DNA of 64,000 nt from Marsupella aquatica (GCA_973895155.1 OZ316899.1:5273241-5337240); one strand, 5' to 3'. Positions 12,166-26,039 are shown, counted from the first letter of the stretch. Notes: generated from the sequence alone by a model not told the origin. Program-made: numbers and translations.

Positions 12166-15100
12166 GTAGTCTTAACATATGTTAACCATCAACCTTTGGA
12201 ACATAGCTGGCGCATTACACAATCCGAAAGGCATCCGGTTAAACACATAAATTCCCCACTCCGTAATAAAAGCGGTTTTGATCTGATCCTCTTGCCTGAT
12301 TCTGATTTGATTATATCCAGAGTAGCCATCCATGAAAGAATACAACTCATGGCTAGCTACAGTGTCTAGCACCATATCAGTAAAAGGCAACGGAAAATGA
12401 TCCTTCAAAGTGGCATCATTTAACTTCCTGTAATCTTGGCAAACCTTATCTTTGGCTTCCCATCAGGTCCTGCCTTCTTGGGTACAATGACAATAGGAGA
12501 CACCCAGTCCGAATGGAGAACTGGCGTAATGAAGCCGGCCTCCACCAACTTGTCAATTTCTGCCTTTACCAACAATGAGTACTTTGGGTTCATCCTCCTC
12601 ATTGGTTGCCAAAATGATTTGGCTCCCAACATAAGATCAATCCGATGCTCTCCCAACTTTGGGTCCACTCCTTGTAAATCAAGGTGACTCCAAGCAAAAA
12701 CATCTTGGTTTTCCACAAGTAACTCACTGATCTCCTTTTCGATTTTAGGAGCAAGATCCCTACCTAGATTTACTTCCCGACCCTCACCCAACTTGAGCTT
12801 CCTGTATTGCTTTGATCGAATCATGTTGATTTGCTTCTTTAGAGTTGGATCTAGGTCTGCCTCCAACCTGGCCAACCTCATTCCTCCATATACTGGAATT
12901 TTGGGCTCCATGGTTGTTTCTATCACCTCCGTTGTTGTCTCCCCACATGAAGAAGTAGCTTCTTCAATGATGGTGTTGATCTCTATTGGAGTAGATCCGT
13001 TCGACTTTAGCTTCCCTTTTAGCCTTAGCATTTTATCCTTTAGCTTCATCCTCTACCTCCCATGACATGGTAATAGGTGGAGTTCCGAATGTAAACTGTT
13101 TTGTGCCCCAGTTTTCCACAACTTTTGCAAGGTACAACCAGGGTCGTCCTATCAACACCCTAAATGAGGTAGGGTTCACCGGCTTCATCACAATGTAATT
13201 AATGCTGAATGCAATACCACCAATCTCCGTGCGTATTCCTTGAAGAATACCTGTGGGAACTACCTGGTAGCCGTTAGCCATATTCAATACTCTACCAGTC
13301 AATTTTGGTTTGAATCCCCAAGCCGCCGCTATTGAATCAATGAGTATGCATACCCTAGACCCTCCATCGATTGGTACATGCATAACCTTTTCTTTATTGA
13401 TGATGACTGGTAAGCAAGGGGCTCCCCTATCCTCCTGAATCATCATGACATTCGTACAAGTGGCTACTCTAGGAAGCCTCGGCTTCCCGGCAATGGCTTT
13501 TTTCAATTGCTTCCAAAAATACGGGCTATTTTTTAATAATTGACCCACAGTAGCCGTGACGCGTGATTCCAACACATCCTTTGCCAAGTTGTATGGCACC
13601 AGCTGTTTCCCTGTGTCATCCTCCTGGGGTAATTTACTCGCTCTAAGAGGATTCTCCTGAGTTGGTAATGATTCTGGTTCCTTTGGTTCTAGAGGTGTGC
13701 TTGGTGAAGTCAGTGGTGACACACTTCTGTCCTCCACTATTTCCATTGAAGCGGAAACAATTTCCTCCTTCATTTGCTTGACAGCTCTCTTAATATCCTT
13801 CTGGAGTGCAACCTCATTCTTGTCCTTTTCCAGCTCTACCAACTGCTCCTTCACACTAGCCGTGACTGCCGGAAAAAATAAACTGGGATGCGTTCGATCA
13901 AAATCACTATCCTGGGAAGGACTGGGATCACCAGGTACGACTTGCGGGTCCTCAATGACAAGGGCTTTGCCGCTAGAACCAGAAGACGTGGAATCAAACG
14001 CATCTTCCTTCCACGGCTTCTTTTTCTTGGTAATCCCCTCCCACCTTTGCTTCCTTCTGGTGGATCTAGTGGACACACGGTAACAATCAGCATCAACTTC
14101 TTCTTTGGAATAAGTGGATAGGGCGTCTGCTTCATCATCAGAAGGTGAAAATTCCCCTCGTGCTTCTTCACGCCATCCTAAGTCAATATGATTTACCTGG
14201 GCTCCTCCTGGCATAGTTCCTGCTGGCAGTACCTTTGGTGCGGGTTTGACAGGTACATCAGCCATCCCGGCTAACCAAATAGGGCATTGGGTAAGTATAT
14301 GCTGTTCTCCTTTGCAACCCATACAAAGCTTGACTGGCTGACCATCCGCCTGCTTCCTTGCATTGGTGCACTCCCGGGAGAAGTGACATGGTTGACCACA
14401 GTTATAGCATGCTGCAAATCTCTGAACATTTGGTTGTGGAGGTGTAGTTGGATTTTGAATGATGCGTGGATACATCTCCCCTGCATTGGTTCTCAATGCT
14501 CCCCACAAAGAGGTGGGTCGGTTAGCCAAATCTCGGGCTCCAGCCTCACTGATGCCAAACACACTATCCACGGCATCTCCAAGTATCTACTCCACCTCCA
14601 ACTCTCCTATCGTTCCCTCGGTTATCAATCGAACATTCTTTGTACCACGCTTTGGACAGACATCCTTGTGATGTCCGGTGGTATAACAGTGAGCGCACCA
14701 TACTGAGGTGTCATCGGCTGCCTCCCTCTTCTTCGGCTGGGAGTTGGCTAATAACGTTTTTAACTGCTTTGTGATCGCTGTCAATTGATCCGGAGATGCT
14801 TTCTTAGGATCCAACTTGGTTTTCACCTTTTTTGCAACCTTCTCTTTCTTCTTGATTTTCTTTTTTTACTCTTTTCATCATCCTCTGGACTGGAAGATGT
14901 TTCACTCTTACTGGTATCACTCTCAGAGCTACAACTCTCCTCCTTGGCTTTCTTGGATCGCTTCTTCTTGGCCTTTTTCTTGCCTGATTCCTCTTCTGAA
15001 GATGAATTGTCAAACTTGTAGTGTTTTTTTCGGCTCGTGATATCAGCATTGATGTATAGTTGAATATCATGAATCACCTCTGCCAAAGACTCCGGATTCC

Positions 15101-15522
15101 CCTTCCGAATTGCAAAACTCATCTTCTGTAGTAGGGCATTAACCAACCACTGCAATTGCATTTCGTCTGATGCATTGGTCTTGGTTTGTCGCACCAATTT
15201 GTGGAATCGCTGCAAAAATTTCCAAAAAGACTTGTTCTCCTTGAATTGAAGCCGTCCTAGCTTCAACATTGCCAATTCAGACGTCCCAATGGGACGGAAT
15301 TCCTTGACAAACAGCTGCTTGAAGGTGACCCATTCATTCTGTTCCCCTGGTTTCAAATTGGAGTACCATGGTTGAGCCTCACCTTTAAACAACCCGGGTA
15401 AGATCTGCATCTTGATAGCAAACTCTCCATTAGCAGTTGTAGTCCCATCAAACTCCTCAAGCCAGTCATCCGGGTCCTCCTCATGCTTACCATGAAATGC
15501 CTTGTAATGGATTTGTGATCTC

Positions 15523-18460
15523 TGTCAGACCCTTGCTTATGAGCTAATAAGCTTTATTGTACTAAAAGCTTGCACTTGATAGCTCTTTATCACCAGGAAC
15601 TATGGGAAATCTAGGTCTCCCTTTCCCAAAGAGAAGACTTCTGGACTCACAACAATCATATGAGCAACATGCTAGACCACAAGGGCCTCAAGATTTCAGA
15701 TGAGTGCACATCAACAATTTCTTTCCCAGAAACGCGCTGAAATTTCATAAGAATTTCAAAGGAAGTACATGGGTAGGTTGTCACTACCTACTTGCTATAC
15801 TTTAGCTTCTTCAACTCCTACTACTTAACACTATGGTCCTTTCAAGCCTCAAGGCATACACTTGAGTTCTAGTACCCCTAGAACATCTACCTTAGTTCCC
15901 CTAAGGTCTCTTAGTGCTACTCCTTGATTCTCCATACTTGGACCCACACAAAGTAACTCACACCAACTTAAGTACTCCTTGCTTGGCTCCAACTCATCAC
16001 AAAGTCCAAAACCACCCCAAAGGCCAGCAAGTGACTCATCACTAAAAAAGACCAGCCCACCTTTCAAGGGGGTCAAAGATCCTTACTTATCCTCCTAACT
16101 ATCTCACTAACTCATTTGTTTGTCTTACCTAACTAATGAGCTAGTTGGTGGCCTTTTGAAAGCCTAAATCAACTCCTTGATTTTAGCCCTTCATTCAGGT
16201 CCACCTCACCTCCTGACTTGGCTGTCCTATCCCTCCAAATCAGGGACTAAGTCAGCCTCCAAAGTACAGTCATCCCTATCTACCAAATAGCTCTAAAAAT
16301 AGTAGAGGGATCAACTTCCAATGGCCCTCCAAGTTCCTCCAAGGTCTCCATGTAATTCAGGTCCTTAGGTACCGGCCCTCCATGTTGGCTTTAAGGACTC
16401 CACTCCTTACCCTCCTTATTCCTGGACTCCAGAACCAGCCTAGGTCCCCTTGACATGAAAGAGCCCTTCTCCAGGCCTCACCCATCCGATTAGGGCCTTG
16501 CGAATGACCCAAGCATGGTACCTCCTTACTGTACTGGTTAGTGGCTTGGTAATCTGGTTGTCCTCTCTGAAATGCTTGAGGTACACCTTGGTGAAAGCCC
16601 TCAGATTTGAACTTCTGCCCCTCTTGTCCACCTTTGAGCAAGCTAGGTATTGGAACCCCGTGAGACTACAAACGTAAAGGCCCAGTACTCCTGTGAAATA
16701 TAAGCCCTGGTCTTGACAGTAAGTGCATGGGTGAACGGAGAGAAAGAACTCATGGAAATAGGAGAATGAATGCTTCCCATCTATGGTAGAGTCAACTGCC
16801 TGATTCAGTTTGGAGCAAGGAGAGAACTAAGCTAGGACTTAGAGAACTGAACTTGTTTGAAGGGATCGTGGCTTATTTGAAGGAAGTCTGGCTGGTGCTT
16901 CTGTTCATACCAGCCCTCCATTCTCACAAAAATATCTCCCTTCCATGTGTTCTTCTCTCGATTGTCGGTTGACCTTGGTAGCATTCAATTTGTGAGTCCA
17001 AAGAGCAGCCATTCTAATTTCAGAAATATCTCTATGGACTTGATACTAATCCTGCATTCAATTCTTGAGTCCAAAGAGTAGCCATTCTAATTTCAGAAAT
17101 ATCTCTATGGACTTGATCCTGCATTCAATTCTTGAATCCAAAGAGCAACCATTCTAATTTCAGAAATATCTCTATGGACTTGATCCTGCATTCAATTCCT
17201 GAAGTTAAGGGCCACAGCTCAGATTTCTTGTCAATCACCCTAGCTGAGGAAATGGTCTTCTAGCTGTCCACTGTTGCCACCTCGAAGTTCCCCTATAGAA
17301 GGTGCAAGTTGATTTCGCCTGAAGAGCCCCCTTGTTAGCAGTCGATGACTTCTCCTTTCTGTAAAATATTCTCTCTGATTCAGAAATTTCAATCTTCTCT
17401 GTTAATTTCCCTTCCAGCCTTTGCTTTCCCTTCGATCTCCTCCTTTAATTCGTGCTCCAGAATTTCCTCTTCTAGTTCAGGTCTTCTGATTCTCCTTGAG
17501 CCCAACATTCCAGCCCAGTTCTTCTTACTTGATTTGGTGGAGTATTGGCTTTCCATTCAGCTGCAGCGTTGAGCTCCATTCTCCCTTCAATTTCACTTTG
17601 ATTTTTGCTCTATTGAATTCTGGGCTCGACACCTGGCCTTAGCTAGCTCTTTTACATTGTAACCCTGCCCTTTAGAGATGTAAATGAGTCCACCACGTTT
17701 CTCTACGCAGTTGAATTACCCCTTTGTATGCACAAAGAACATTCCTCCCTTTAAGTCTCCCTTGAAGTGCTACTTATGGCATTTAACATTAGCCATCTTC
17801 GCCTATAGCTCAAAACTCACTCATTTAAAAAACAATATTATGAACATACTCCTGGCTTTCCTAGCCCTAGGGCTAACTAAAACAATTCTTAGAATTGATA
17901 TATAACTAAAGTTGACTTTTCTATAATTGTTCAAAGTCTGCAATCCGTCATAATTCATAGCTACTTTTACAGAATTCGGACCAATCCCAAAAAGTATCTA
18001 TAAGTCCAAAACTAGGTTTAGTAATTCTAAGGGATAGTGTTAGGTATAGTAACACCATGGCTAGCCTTCAAAATACATTTTTTGCTCTATGGCTATTTTC
18101 CCTAGGTCCTGCAAGTTGGCTATTTTAAGTTTTGTTCCACTGTAAATAGCTTCTAATTGAACGGTCGAAATGACTTGCACTTTTACAAGGGTTCTCCAGG
18201 GCCTGCCTAGAACCTTCAGAAAAAATCCCAGCCTAAATTACAAACTCTAAGGATCTGATTACCTATCTAATCCACTAATCCACTGTTAAGTTAACCGTGG
18301 TTTAAACTAATTAAACTTTCTTACTCTGCTTTACTGAAGAGAGTTTACTTCAGTTTCACTTCTACTTCCCACTCATTTACAGGCATAATATGCTTACTTA
18401 GAACAAAAAAGAAAAAATCTAACCTAAAACTAATTTAACCCACTAATTGAGCGGCTCACA
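15523..18460. mobile_element. Solo LTR (2938 bp) inserted in gag
   Basis: TGTCAGAC...GGCTCACA ends, flanked by ATCTC / ATCGC (5-bp TSD with one mismatch). The gag frame is restored on removal. Confidence 0.85.
16981..17199. repeat. ~67-bp tandem repeat (3+ copies) inside the solo LTR
   Basis: GCATTCAATTCTTGAGTCCAAAGAG..CAGAAATATCTCTATGGACTTGAT units begin at 16981, 17054, 17121 and 17188. Confidence 0.9.
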
Positions 18461-18770
18461 ATCGCTGACTGAGCCATGGTGCTGCTCACCCACCAAATTG
18501 TGGATCCGGCTCACCCATCTCTTGCACTGGTGAACTGGGTTGGGTACTGGGCGCGTTACTACTCAACAGATCCCCTTCCTCGTTCTCCAGTTCCACTCCA
18601 AAAGCACTTCGTGACCCGCCGTTGCCGATTGCACTCTTCACCCTCTTGGTCTCCTTCCACCTCGCAATTTGCTGCAACCGCGCTTCTTCCCTCAGTGTTG
18701 CTCGCTCTTCCCATGGTGTGAATTCGTTCATCACCTAACACTGCGCAACAAACAATTCACAAGTAAGAAT

Positions 18771-18790
18771 GCCCCCTCCATCTAGCGCCA
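18771..18790 (-). promoter_or_regulatory. Primer-binding site of the gypsy element
   Basis: The minus strand reads ...GCCACA tttt TGGCGCTAGATGGAGGGGGC directly before gag, resembling Tat-type PBS sequences. Confidence 0.8.
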
Positions 18791-18794
18791 AAAA

Positions 18795-21700
18795 TGTGGC
18801 GCGTTTTCCAAGACCTCTAACCCCAAGAACTACCCTCAACTGATCATAAACCACTCGTTTATGTCCGTCCTCTTGCCGTATGGCAGCAATTTGGCTTGGA
18901 AACGCGATCCTCTCCTTCGATCCACACTTACCGGACCGGTTCTTTCATTGGGCTTGTGAATTGTGCACAACTGAGACACCTAATTCCTCTTTAACTTCTT
19001 CAGGTATATTTGTATTCCGCCCCCGGAATGTACCTCTACGGCTTAATTTCTTAAGCCGGCTGAAGGTCTTTTTCAGACGAACTCAACCCACACTTCACCG
19101 ACTAAACACTCTCAATCCTCACTTTTCTCTCAGAGTTTGATTGGGCAGTCTCCAATCAAGACAATGCAATTGTACTTTTCTCAACAGTTCACCCTATCTG
19201 ACTTAAATCGATCAAGCAACAGATATCACAACACTCAACTTCTTGGATGGCAAGAATCTGCAAACAGTGCAACGAGGCCAACTCAATTCAAACAGTTGCT
19301 CAGAAATCCAAGGGAACTGGTAGTTTACTGATATCCTGCGGTCTAGATTTAGCCGAGAGCTTCCTGTGCTCACAACAATACAGATTTTACACTAAAGCCT
19401 TGACTAAGAAAACAACCCCTCCCAACCACGCTGCCCGGGTTTTTATCCTTGCAGCGTGACTGAAAGAAGTGCGGAAAGCCTACCCCTACAATCCCGCCTT
19501 GCCACCGCGATAATCCTCTTTATTGAACAAAAAACAAAACTAATCTGCCTAAGCCGAAAACCCGATGGATCCGGACCTCTAACACAATCAAACTATTCAA
19601 GCCGATAGAGCGCTACTTGCCCTGTCCACATCCTACAACGGTCGCGCCCTCCTGGCCCAAGCCCTTCTCCTTCCGCCACGTCCTCCTTCCAACTGACGAC
19701 TGGCCCACCTTAATTGTTAGATGACCGATGGTAATCCTGAGCCGTCCGACTCTGCACCTTCCCCTGTACTCGGCTTTGGCTGACTACCCTCGACCACATT
19801 AACTACGGCTTTGGGTTCGGCCTTGGCTTCATTCTCCTTGGCAACGGTCTGGAGAGCTTTTGCCTTAACTTCCTCAATCCAAGCCTGCTCCCCGATGCGC
19901 TCCGTCTTGATAACCCACGGCTTCATGTTCTGGGCGTCCATAGAAGCAGTACCATCGTCTGAACCTGTCACTGCAACTCCAAGTTGATCCGCAGTACTTA
20001 CCTCTACCACAGCTGCCTTCAAGGCCACAGTACCGCAAATGTGAGCAACCATGCTCTCGACTTCCTCCGGAGTGGCTTTAAGGGGTTTAACTTTATTATC
20101 GCCCGGCCCCATGAACGTCTTTGCCAAATCTGCCACTAACTGCATGGCTTTGCCCCCAGTCAGGCTTGACAATAGTGAGCTCGGCTTTGGCATCACTGTA
20201 TTTCCGCCTACCATACTACTGACGGGCAGCCTTTCAGTTGGTGACCCATATCCCGCTTTGGCATACTTCTTCATTTTCTCCGTTTGATTGTCAGCACGTC
20301 TCTGCAACCCGATCATCTTATCCTTGGCCTCCTCCAACTCCTGAGATACGTCTTCAACTTCATTGTTAAGCTGTAATATCTCAGCCTTGGCCGCCTTCAG
20401 CTCCTCATTTAAGATCTGCACGATCTCCAACTCTTGCTTATTTGCGACTGCCTTCAAGGAGTTATTGATGGTTTCCAGCTTCATGACCTCTTCCTTCCAT
20501 GCCTTCTTTGTCTTCTCTATATCCCCCTGAAGCTCCTTGCGTATTTGCTGGGCTCGGCTTAGGTGATCATTGGCCATTGTACTCAGGGCATCCTCATGTT
20601 TCTCCTGCATGGCATCCAGCCGATCAAGTAGCTTTTCATGCTTCCCTTGGGTTGCGGCCAAGGCCTTCTCGCTCTAAGTGGTCTGGTCTTTAGCCGCCTT
20701 CCTAAGCCTATCGACTTGTTGATTAAGACCCTGTACCTTCTCCCTCACATCAGCTAACTCCAGCTGCACCTTTGTCAATTTCTCTTTAATCTGCTGGTTA
20801 TCCCATTGGTAGTTTTCCAATTGGTTGTTCGCCATCTCTAATTCCTGCTGCTTAGCCAAGAGATCCTGTTGTGCTTGTTGATTCACCCTTGATTTAGCCA
20901 CCTCTGTTTGCATGCCGCAAAGCCGAGCGATCACTTCCTCCTTCTTCAATCACTCTAATGTCATTGCCTCCTCCAGTCTCGTCTGATCAGCCACTTCTTT
21001 TCTAAGAAATGGCCCGGATTCCAAGTCGTTGCCGAAGATTTCTAAGGCTAAGAGTCCACACAAGTCTCCATACTCCTTAGCTAGATTTCTTGCGTAGTTT
21101 GACCTCCCAGGTGATACTGGCATCTGCCATCGGGGTTGTCTCTCCCAAGCCTCTTCCCTCAGCTGATCAAAGTCAGTGAGAGGTTTGGCCTGCTTCTCAC
21201 TAAGCCGTCTTATTTCTTCTGGCCACTCTCCTCCTGGTAGCTGGCATTCCTATTCTGCATTCCGAGCCCCCCACTCCTTAATCCTCTCTTGTAGCCCGAC
21301 TTCAGCTTCCTTCATCTTGTCAAATTCTAATGACGTCACATCTGGTGGAGGAGATTCTAGTGTTTTCTGGTCCTCCGGCTTGCCATAGAAGATTGCGGGA
21401 AATCTTCTACAAAACCTTCCCATCGTTCTAACTCCTGGCACCGGCCTCTCCCCGTGATTGACATAATCATCATCGTAGTCATCCACATTAACCTGACTAC
21501 CTAGCATGCCGGCCTCTTCTCCAAAGCCCCCGATCTCTTCCTCCGAATATTGTTGGGCTGCTACTGGTTGATTTTCCTCCACATGTCCCTCCACTTGGGC
21601 TCTGTTAGAAGCTCTTAATACCGCCCTCTCCTAGCTTTGGCTTACCTCCTCATCTGTCTTCGAATCCATTCGCTCGTCATATTTCTTTCTCTCTTCGGCA

Positions 21701-22760
21701 GTCATCTTCCTCTCGACCAATTGGATGCCTGCATATGGATTATTACGAGTAGGCCGGTGCAACGGATTTCTCACCACATCATATGTTACTACCTCTGGCA
21801 ACACTGGTGCAAAAGACTGGCTTCTTGCATATCGGCAAAGTAATTGCAGATGGTACCCTAGTCTGGATACCGCTCCTTCCCCAATGCTCTGCTTCTCTCA
21901 TTTAATGCTTTCTTCAACTGCATTAAGAGATAGCTATTGTAGTCTCGGCTTGCATCGATATTCTCCACCAAAAACACCTGGGCTTTGCCGATTTCTGCTC
22001 TCGGCAAGGTACAATGCAATGTGACTCTCAGGAAATCAATCAGCTGCCCTATATGCGGGTTGGTACATTGATTCCTGAAAAACCCATTCTTAGTGGAAGG
22101 CCCTAGAAATGACCTAAACTGGTCATCCGGCAACGTCTTCCTCTGCTCCACCCAAGTCTTCCTTCCTGTTGGTAAAGCAAAGACGGCTTTGATAAGCGCA
22201 GGTGTTAGTTCGAACACCTTTCCATACAGCAACGTTGTGTTGGGAGAAGCCTCCCAGCATCCCACGAAGTCCAACAGATCCTCATCTGGTATGTCTACCA
22301 TCCTCCAGGACAACCTAACAAAGCCCTCCAACCCAGTGTTCATTCATATATCCTGCATATTTATTATCCTGAACGGCACTGAAGACCTCATCCTCATCTC
22401 TGGCGAACTGTAATTGTAAATCGGCAGGTAACCTGTTCGCCCACCCTGTCATGGTTTTATCCTCTACAGCCCGATCTCTAACTGGCCCGGCTTCTGTCTT
22501 GATTGGTCTCTCTGACCTAGTTCACTTTGTCGGAGTTGCGGATGCCCAACTTCCCTTGCGCTTCATCTCTTCAGCGCTTGAATACTCCCCAATAATAGCT
22601 TCCTTTGTCCACTTTGCAGTGTGACCCTTCAATTCCCAAAGTGGCTGCCCTACGTTCTTGATTTCCTCCCTAATCCCCACAACCTTATTCTCCCAAATCA
22701 GCAATTTGTCAAGCTCCGCACTGGTGGGTGTCCACAAGAACCCGCCGAAAACCAGCCGGA
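18795..22760 (-). mobile_element. 5' LTR of the gypsy element (>=3.9 kb; its 5' end is not seen), containing a gene
   Basis: CA end at 18795 next to the PBS. Homologous to 22765-25265, which ends at the same ...CCACA. Confidence 0.7.
19717..22737 (-). pseudogene. LTR-embedded gene: PMD/Transposase_32-like domain plus long coiled coil, with several stops
   Basis: ORF pieces 22737-22522, 22343-21858 (GLEGFVRLSW..LIKAVFALPTG..KNGF), 21594-21250, 20949-20674 and 20661-19717 (heptad-rich). Confidence 0.75.
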
Positions 22761-22764
22761 ACGA

Positions 22765-24375
22765 GTGATCCAGTTGCTGTGGCGGTTAATTGACATACCA
22801 AACAAAGATCTATTAGACTTTGTAGGATGCTGGGAGGCTTCTTCTAACACGACGCTGATGTATGGGAAGGTGGTGGAATTAATGCCAGCACTAATTGAAG
22901 CCGTCTTTGCTCTTCCACAAGGGAATAAAACTAAGGTGAAGCAACAAAAGACATTGTCGGATAACCAATTCCGATCATTTCCAGGGCCCTCTACTAAGAA
23001 TGGGTTCTTTAGAAATCAATGCACTAATCCACATGTGGGGCAGTTGATTGATTTCTTAAGAGTCACGCTACACTGTACATTGCCGAGAGCAGAGATTGGC
23101 AAGGCCAGGTATTTTTGGTGGAGAATATCGATTCAAGCCGAGACTACAACGGCTATCTCTTAATGCAGTTGAAGAAAGCATTAAATGAAGAGAAGCAGAG
23201 CATTGGGGAAGGAGCGGTATCCAGACTAGGGTACCATGTGCAATTACTTTGCCGAACAACCAATTGGAAAATTGGACAACCAGCAGCTCAAGGAAAAATT
23301 GACGAAGGTACAGCTGGAGTTAGCCAATTCAAAGGAAGAAGTACAGGGTCTAAATCGGCAAGTCGAGAGGCTCAGAAAGACGGCTAAGGACCAGGCCACC
23401 CAGAGCGAGAAGGCCTTGGCTGAAGCCCAAAGGAAGTATGACAAGCTACTCGACCGGTTGGAGGCCATGCGGGAGAAGCATGAGGACACAATTTGTACAA
23501 CAGCCAATGATCACCTAAGCCGAGTCCAACAGATACGTAAGGAGCTTCAGGAGGAGATAACCAAGACAAAGCAGGCATGGACGGATGAGGTCACGAAGCT
23601 GGAAACCATCAACAATTCCCAGAGAGCCGCTCTGGATAAGAAGGAGTTTGAGATCGTACAGATCTTAAACGAGGAACTAAAGACGGCCAAGGATGAGGCG
23701 CATCGGCTTAACAAGGAAGTTGAGGACTTATCTCAGGAGCTGGAGGAGGCCAAGGACAAGATGATCGGGTTGCAGAGGCGGGCAGATATTCAAACGGAGA
23801 AATTACAAAAGTATGCCAAAGCAAGACGTGGATCACCGACTGGACGGTCTCCTGCTAGTGGCGTGGTAGCCGAGAATACTGACATGCCAAAACCGACATC
23901 AATATTGTCAAGGGTAACTGAGGGTAAGGCAATGCAGTTGGTTGTGGATCTGGCCAAGACATTCATTGGGCCAGCAGGTACTTATGGGGTGCCTCTCAAG
24001 GCCACTCCAAAAGAGGTCAAAAGTATGGTTGCTCACATTTGTGGGACTATTTCTACAAAGACAGTCGTAGTTGAGATAAGTAATGCCGATGAACTTGGAG
24101 CTGCAGTAACAGGTTCAGACACAGGTACTGCTACCATGGACTACCGGAATGTGAAGCGGTGGAAGATTGAGACAGAACGTATCGGAGAGCAGGCTTGGAT
24201 GGAGGAAGTGAAGGCCAACGCTATCCAAGCCGTTTCCCAGGAGGATGCTGCCAATGCCAAGGCCGAGGCTGTTAAACCAGGACCCGAAGCCGGGGAAGCC
24301 GAAGGGATCAAGCCGGAGCCAATTGCAGGAGGAGGTGCAGAGTTGGAAGATTCGGACTTACCGCCGGTCATCTGA
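22765..24375 (+). pseudogene. Paralog of the LTR-embedded gene (5'-truncated, frameshifted, middle deleted)
   Basis: DIPNKDLLDFVGCWEAS..KNGFFRNQCTNPH joined to a 379-aa coiled-coil ORF ending DLPPVI (GLPSVI in the left copy). Confidence 0.8.
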
Positions 24376-25265
24376 CAATTAAGGAGGGCCAGTCGTCGGT
24401 TGGAAGGAGGATGTGGCGGTAGGAGAAGGGCTTGGGTCAGAAGGGCACGACCGTTGGAGGATGGGACAGGGCAAGTAGCGCCTTGTCGGCTTAGGTAGTA
24501 TTAGGTGTTCGGTTCCTGCAGGGTTTTGGGTTAGTCAAGTTGTGTTTAGTGATTGTTAATTAGCAGGTTTATTGCGGTGGAAGGCCGTGATTTGTGGTTT
24601 TGATTTCCGCCAATTCCCTTGGATGCGCTGCAAGGATAAAAACCTGGGCAGCGTGGCTTGAGGGGCTTTTCTCTAGTCAAGACTCTAGTGTAAATCAGTA
24701 TTACTAGCATAGGAAGCTCTCGGCTACATCTAGACCGCGGATTATCAGTAAACCACAAGTTCCCATGGATTTTTGTGCAATTGTTTGAATTGAGTTGGCC
24801 TTGTTGCCTAGTTTGCAGATTCTTGCCAATCATGGTGTTGTGTGTTATGATATTTGTTGCTTGATCGATTTGAGTCAGTTAGAGTGATACTGTGAGCTAA
24901 TACGATTGCATTGTCTTGATTGAAGACTGCCAAACCAATCTCTAAGAGAAAGGTGAGGATTGAGAGTGTTTTGTTGGTTAAAGTGTGGGTTGAGTCAGTC
25001 TGAGAAAAACCTTCATCCAGCTTAAGAGATTAAGCCGTAGGGGTATATTCTGGGGCGGGATACAAACATACCCGACGAAGTCAATTAAGGAATTAGGCGT
25101 CTCAGCAATACACAATTCACAAGCCCAGTGAAAGAATCGGTCCAGCATAGTGTGGATTGAAGAAGTAGACCGCGTTTCCAAGCCGAATAGTAGCCAAACC
25201 ACCATAAGCCGACCATAAGTAGTGGTTCATAGTCGGTTGCGGATGGTGTTGGGAAATGCACCACA
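22765..25265 (+). mobile_element. Second, inverted and internally deleted copy of the gene-bearing LTR
   Basis: Reverse-complement homology to 18795-22330. Ends GGGAAATGCACCACA versus GGAAAACGCGCCACA in the left copy. No PBS follows. Confidence 0.8.
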
Positions 25266-25565
25266 ATACCTTCTAGCCACGATAACAAAATTTAGTCCCC
25301 TCTGATGTCTGCTTTGCAACTCACCAAGTAGTTTCCACCAAGCAGCAACCAGCTAGTAACGAGCAATAATCCTCCACCACAATTAAGTAGCTCGCAATCC
25401 GCCAATGCCCAGCACTCAACGATCCCCCAATGCACATAAATCCACGATCCCCAATGCACAGCAATGACCAATCCCCCAATGCGCAGCAATCAGCAACCCG
25501 TCAAGCAGCAATCCTCTATCAATTGGCAAATTCGCAATGCGCAAACCCCCATTACCATATACGCT

Positions 25566-25886
25566 CTATGGATAGAGCTCAGCCCAGGTGAAACTTGAGT
25601 GAGAAATGGGCGGATAGAGTTTTGCCCAGGTGAAACTTGAGTGAGAAATGGGCGAATAGAGTTTCGCCCAGGTGAAACTTCAATGAGAAATGGGCGGATA
25701 GGGCTCCGCCCGAGTGAAACAAGTGCAAGTGAGAAATGGGCGGATAGAGCTCCGCCCAAGTGAAACAAGTGCAAGTGAGAAATGGGCGGATAGAGCTCCG
25801 CCCAAGTGAAACAAGTGCAAGTGAGAAATGGGCGGATAGAGCTCCGCCCAAGTGAAACAAGTGCAAGTGAGAAATGGGCGGCCCAA
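25566..25886. repeat. 42-46-bp tandem minisatellite with a hairpin in each unit
   Basis: GTGAGAAATGGGCGGATAGAGCTCCGCCCAAGTGAAACAAGTGCAA, about 7 copies. GGGCGGA/TCCGCCC forms the stem. Confidence 0.95.
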
Positions 25887-26039
25887 GCTTTATGTGAGCG
25901 GGAAGTCAAATGGACAGTACAACTCTTGCATTGGCCACACTTCTCTCCTCAAGGGATTCAAATTGGCAGAGAACTCCGCGCGTTTGGAGTCCTCATAATG
26001 TCCTGGCCCCACCAATGTTGTTATTAAGTCTTAAGTACA

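Larger units (their letters stand above)
12172..18734 (-). pseudogene. Ty3/gypsy gag-protease-RT (5' part), decayed and split by a solo LTR
   Basis: Gag: FHGKHEEDPDDWLEEF..AQPWY..W. CCHC knuckles CAHCYTTGHHKDVC and CYNCGQPCHFSREC. Protease IDGGS. RT: WVSPIVIVPKK..KDHFPLPF..DGYSGYNQI..MPFGLCNAP. Removing 15523-18460 plus one TSD copy restores PWLSQRSQIHYKAF. Confidence 0.9.

Noticed and set aside
25566-25886. CRISPR-like hairpin repeats and overlapping ORFs (25490-25909 and others)
   Set aside because: Units are contiguous with no spacers; the ORFs are translations of the repeat.
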